Shown here: in pieces, positions 59,120-64,000 of the stretch
Position numbering within the stretch: the stretch's first letter is position 1
Layout of the letters: each line of letters starts with the position of its first letter
From: Entomortierella parvispora E1425
Lineage: Eukaryota; Fungi; Mortierellomycota
Length of the DNA stretch: 64,000 nt
NCBI GenBank assembly: GCA_020891255.1
Contig: BQFW01000012.1
Coordinates: 1,054,001 to 1,118,000 of the forward strand
Reading direction: 5' to 3'
Program-made: the position numbers and the translations under genes
The notes under the pieces: generated by a model
The model's input: only the letters and a program-made list of their open reading frames with translations
What the model was told of the DNA's origin: nothing
Database searches by the model: none

Positions 59120-60725
59120 ATGCCTTTGCAGCCTGACAGTGTTCCCAGCCACATTGGATGCTTTCACGAGAATCTTTTTCAGCCTGATCTCTCAGGCGAG
59201 CCACCATCTATGATTGCTCAAGCTGAAGCTTGCTTCAAGCACTGCAGCATCGGTACTTGGTCGTACGCTGCCATCCGCAACAGGACAGTCTGCACTTGCG
59301 GTGATACCTTGTAAGAGGCCAGGCAATTGAGTTTCCAAAACACAAAGCACACACACACAATACACAACATAAAACACAGATCGCCTCCCATGCACGCTCC
59401 ACCTGTCTTTCTGACATTCTTCCCCTCTTCCACCCGTCAACCCCAGCAACAAATATGGATCTGCTCCAGAATCTGAATGTTCCACAGCCTGCCCCGAAGA
59501 GTCCAGTGTCTTTGATCACTGTGGAGGTCCAGAATTCAACAGCGTCTACAGCATAGGTGCCGTCATCCCCAAGGTCCCTTGGCCTGTCCCCTCAGTCGGA
59601 CCGCCCACAGTTGGAAACCCAACGCCATTAAATCCTGACAGTAACATCAATGATCATTCGGGACATGATCATAGCACAAACAAGGCCGCAGTTATCTCTG
59701 GCTCTATTGTTGTCGTTGTGATCATCGTCAGCATGGTGCTCATGTTTGTTCGACGCAAGAAGCCAATTGAGACACAGCCCATTGAAAAAGGCCCTGTTCA
59801 CGGGCCAACACCAACAGCAGCAAGAGAAGGAGCAAGTTCTGGAGATCGAAGAACTTTGTTGAGAGATGATTTATCAAAGGGTGGGGGAACAACGTGGTCG
59901 GCGCCAGAAAAGACCCAACTAGAGATGGCGGACAGGGACATCGAAGCTCAGCTCTTTGCTGACTTTGAGTCCTGTGCGGTGGAAGGGGGTCCTTTGCAAG
60001 AGCATCAACCGGTCGTGCTCCATCCACTCGCCTCTCATCAGCGCCCATCGCAGGATCGTCATCATTATCTAGTTGACATACCCACTCTCGCCTACAAGGA
60101 CCAGCCTTCTCCCTCTTTATACCCCGTCAGCAATGACAACATCCAACAGTCGAGGGTTCCGTCCTTTGTTTCTAAAATCAGCGAAAAACTTTCACATCTT
60201 CGCGTCAAGACGCAGTACCTCCAACCCCCTCAACTACACAAGTCGAGCTCTAGCAATCCATCCTCACCTTGTCCTTCACTTTCCCTGTCCCCTTCCCCTT
60301 CCTCACTTTCAGGTTCATACCCCCCAGTCTCTCCCATCTCACCAATATCACCCGGCTTCGTACATTCACCAGAAGACCCCCAGCAGCAGCATCTCCCGCC
60401 TTGTCCTCCTGTAAGCATCAAAGCAACACAGGAAGAAGAATGGGAGCAGGGTGATACAGAGAACAGAGCGCCTTCTTTTTCAACAATTTCGGCGCCGATC
60501 CCTGGTCCAGTGTCTAATAATAATCACTGCCGCAAGCAAAAGAGGCTATCGTCCCATTCACATCATCATCTTCACCAGTCATGGAACACGGTGTCTGACA
60601 ATAGCGCTGGCAGCATGTGCGCCATTTCGATGTCCAGTCACCCTCAAACTCACCAAACAAAGGCCCAAGCAGACAAACATCATCGATCCAAGCTGATCCA
60701 GGACCTTATCTTGCATGGTGACTAA
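59120..60725 (+). CDS. WSC-domain single-pass membrane protein
   Basis: IGCF..CFKHC..YAAI...CTCG | ECSTACP..CGG..NSVY (WSC cysteine pattern across intron 59311-59446), TM AVISGSIVVVVIIVSMVLMFV-RRKK and a disordered tail. Confidence 0.8.
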
Positions 60726-61277
60726 ATAGAAGGTGGAAATCCCAATAAAGAAGCAAGCACGGCTTTTTGATCGTAAAAGGCTCAGTAGTTTGATTGATCC
60801 CTTTTCACGTCTTCAGGGCTATGGTGCTATTTTCACCTAAAGCCTTGAGGGCAACATTGCTATTGAGATAGATATGGAGCGCTGAGCGGGATGTGGCAGT
60901 CCTACAGCAGTTACCTTGATATCTGCAAAGATGGTAGGACAGCAGGTTGCAAGAGAAGGGCCGAGACCTTCGGGTGTTTGAGAAAAGAGAGAGAAGACCG
61001 CTGTCAACAGACACAGGGGGCAGGGGTGGGCAGGTGGACGGAGGGGAGCAGGTCGCATCTTTCCATTTGGGTGTGGCGGACCTCCCTTATCAGATCGAAA
61101 GTACGGTTCAAATTGCATCTCCGCGGTTTTTTCTTCTTCTTCTCGCGCCTCCTCTTCCCGCCTTGTTCATCTTCTTAATCTCGCTCCTTTCCCTCCTTTC
61201 CCTCCTTTCCTTCTCTTTCATCTTCATTACCTCTCTTTCTCCGATTATCCGTGCCTGACAATCCACTGTCGTCGAGC

Positions 61278-63504
61278 ATGTCATCTCACACAGGAACAAC
61301 AAAGTCCAGGAAAGCGGACTCCAAGGACATCCCTTCAGAATCAGGATCGGGATCGGGATCGGGATCACGGTCAACGTCAGGGTCAGCTCCTTCAGCGTCA
61401 GTGCCTCAAGTGACCAGAATCGTCTTCACTGCCCTTTTACTCGACATCCTCGCCTTTACTATCATACTGCCCTTGTTCCCTCGGTTGCTCCAGTTTTACC
61501 GCGACAGCGAGCATGGTGATCAGGTAAACTTGTGGCACCTTTTCTGGACTCTAGTTCATTGAAGGGGATTGAAAGTGATCAGAAGAGTATTAAATGAATG
61601 GGGCGGCGGCCATCGTTATGAATGTCCGCATGTCTGCGCAGGTCATGGATGTGCACTGGACGCATTTCGTTCGTTCGTGTGCATTTGTTTGTCCTCCCCT
61701 CTTCCCTCCTCCAAATCAGGAGAGGGGCGTTTGGTTTCAGGGTGACAGGGTGACATGAGAAGAGGAGGTCGACAAAGGGCTAACGGCTGATGATCTGTTA
61801 CCACTTATTTCTTTTCAATAACCACGACTAGACATCACTCCTTGCCTGGTCCCTCTCACGGCTGACAGAGTTCCAGACCATGATTGGACTAAGTGACTCG
61901 TCATCGTCATCATCCTCATCGGGCTCAGGACTGATCAAAAGACCGCCCAAGATGGACATTGTTCTCCTTGGTGGTGCCTTGGGGTCCTTATTCTCGGTGC
62001 TTCAGTTTATTGCCTCGCCTGTCATTGGAAAGCTGTCGGATGTGCTCGGTCGTCGCCGTGTCCTTTTGATCTCAATGGTAAAAACAGGGAAAAAAAAAGG
62101 GACCTGCAAATATTATTTTATTTTTGGGTTCTGCAATTAATTGACTGAATGATGATATATACTTTATCCTTTTCGTGGGAACTATAGCTGGGAAACCTGA
62201 TTTCCTGTGGCGTCTGGTTGTTTTCTAGCTCGTTTGAGCTCTTTGTCCTGTCCAGAGTCATTGGAGGGTTGAGCGAGGGCAACGTCCAACTGTCGATTGC
62301 CATGATTTCGGATATTACAACTCCAGCAACCCGGTCGCGAGGACTCGCCATGGTCGGCATTGCGTTTGCGATCGCATTCACGATCGGACCAGCTCTGGGA
62401 GCTTACTTTGCCAACAAGGATCTCGTCGCCATGTTCCCAGGACTGGCTCAATATGGTCTGCACCCATTCTCAGGATCAGCCTTGCTGGCCCTGGTCCTGC
62501 TGATGGTCGAGAGTTTGTATCTGTATATTCGATTGCCAGAGACAAACTCAGACAGCTGGAGAATGGCCGTCCAAGAATCTGTGAAGGCCGAAAAGAAAAA
62601 GGACACGAGCAACGGCACCCCTGCGTCATCTCTTTCAACACCAGCAACGGGCGACGCAATTGCAGAAAAGGATCGTTTGGAGGCGGAAAGGATCGTGCAC
62701 CTGCAACACTCGTACCTTGCCCGACTCTCGTTCACCCATTTCGCCCACTTGTTTCTCTTTTCCGGGATGGAATTCACACTGACGTTCTTGACGTTCCATC
62801 TGTTTGATTTCAGTCATATGCAGCAGGGTGCTCTCCTTGGTTATATCGGTATCCTGTCCTCGTTGATCCAGGGTGGATACGTTCGCCGGGCTGCCCATCG
62901 TGTCGGAGAAAAGAGGATGGTTATCCAAGGAATGATGGCCGCTTCAGTGGGATTGGGTTGCATTGCTCTGGTGTCTGGCGCTGGTGGATATAGCCACGCT
63001 CAGGTGATTCCAGATGCATCCTTCGGGCCTCTTCAATCGTTGCGGAGAGCCATCCAATGGTTGGACACACAGGAGGAATGGTCTAGAAAGACTCGTATGT
63101 GGGGCATCTATGCTGGAGCGACAGGATTGGCCATCACAAGCGCTACTGTCGTCAATTGCTTGACGAGTTTGGCTAGTTTAGTTTGCGACATGGGATCCGA
63201 TCATCCAACAGCCTTGTCATCCTCTGCAACTGAATCCTCTTCTTCATCCTCAGCCAGGAAAGTCCAGCCAATCGGAAAGGGCCTGGCATTAGGTCGTTTC
63301 CGATCCTGGGGACAGCTTGGACGCGCAGCAGGACCTATTGCCGCTTGTAGTTTGTACTGGCGCGTAGGCCCTCTGATATGTTACGGAACAGCATCGCTGG
63401 CAGTCGCAGCTGTTTGCATCCTTGCCGGCAAGGTTTTGCCCGAGGTACGAAAATTACCTATCCGGACTAGAGTCCAAACCGCATCAGCGAAAAAGGATCT
63501 ATAG
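61278..63504 (+). CDS. MFS transporter (MFSD10/tetracycline-exporter-like)
   Basis: LLLDILAFTIILPLFP, GKLSDVLGRRRVLL (motif A), RVIGGLSEGNVQ, RSRGLAMVGIAF..GPALG and GRFRSWGQLGRAAGP. Confidence 0.9.
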
Positions 63505-63562
63505 AACCACAAGAAATATATATAATGTCGATTTTTTTTATTTGAGAGAGAGACAGACTGGT

Positions 63563-64000
63563 TTATTCATCAAGGCGGACAGTGCGGTGATGCAGCTTGG
63601 GCGGTTTGGCCAGGTCAGGCACGGCAATTTTAGTGGCAACTGCAGCATTTGTTGTTGCGTTGGTCAACGTGGTCGAGGTAAAGGCGCGCGCTTTACCACT
63701 GTTGTGGACATGAACTCCCGAGATGCTGATCCTTCTTTTTGAGGACACGCTGGCAGTGCCATCATCATCGATAGACTCCTGATGACTCTCTGATGTAAAC
63801 GTGGATGAAAATGTCGAATCCCTATCAATATCCATATCGATATCCACTCCGGCGTTGCTAATCTTATGGTGTCTTCTCTGTTTGCGGTTGAATCCAAACA
63901 GCTCACCTTCCTCATCCATCACGAAATCCTCGTCTGTAAGAGCAGCGTCTCCTCCGTTTGCTCGCTTCTTGACCTTTTTAGGGCGGTCCTGTCCATCTCC
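63563..64000 (-). CDS. C-terminal end of an unknown protein that runs off the window edge
   Basis: Frame is open from 64000 (GDGQDRPKKVKKRANGG...) to the stop at 63563. Low complexity, no recognisable domain. Confidence 0.55.
   Translation of the reverse strand, partial: GDGQDRPKKVKKRANGGDAALTDEDFVMDEEGELFGFNRKQRRHHKISNAGVDIDMDIDRDSTFSSTFTSESHQESIDDDGTASVSSKRRISISGVHVHNSGKARAFTSTTLTNATTNAAVATKIAVPDLAKPPKLHHRTVRLDE

Overview
Intron-rich eukaryotic DNA from an early-diverging fungus; the gene set and style suggest Mortierellaceae (inference). It holds about 19 host genes: an SSK1-type response regulator, an allantoicase-like/ureidoglycolate lyase fusion, ThrRS, NUC1/EndoG, TRAPPC13, GYP7, a GT31-like glycosyltransferase, an M14 carboxypeptidase, CHS4/SKT5, ECHS1, NBR1, glycogen branching enzyme, NUP82, a G-alpha, HOG1, a Frizzled/Smoothened-like GPCR, a WSC protein, an MFS transporter and a partial unknown gene at the right edge. 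There are also two tRNA genes, Asn-GTT and Arg-CCG. A young full-length Ty3/Gypsy element (39101-45243, LTRs differ at 1 of 608 nt) sits 14 nt upstream of tRNA-Asn next to a LINE-like fragment, and one short motif recurs just downstream of both tRNAs. The best candidate for an undescribed system is an unannotated, diverged inverted duplication (49561-50380 / 50513-51173) between G-alpha and HOG1. Each arm keeps promoter blocks, splice signals and a putative 16-18 aa micropeptide ORF, MT[R/K](FV)[D/E]GHSTFTSHTVVI, with a synonymous substitution pattern. All homology calls come from motif recognition by eye; no database searches were run.
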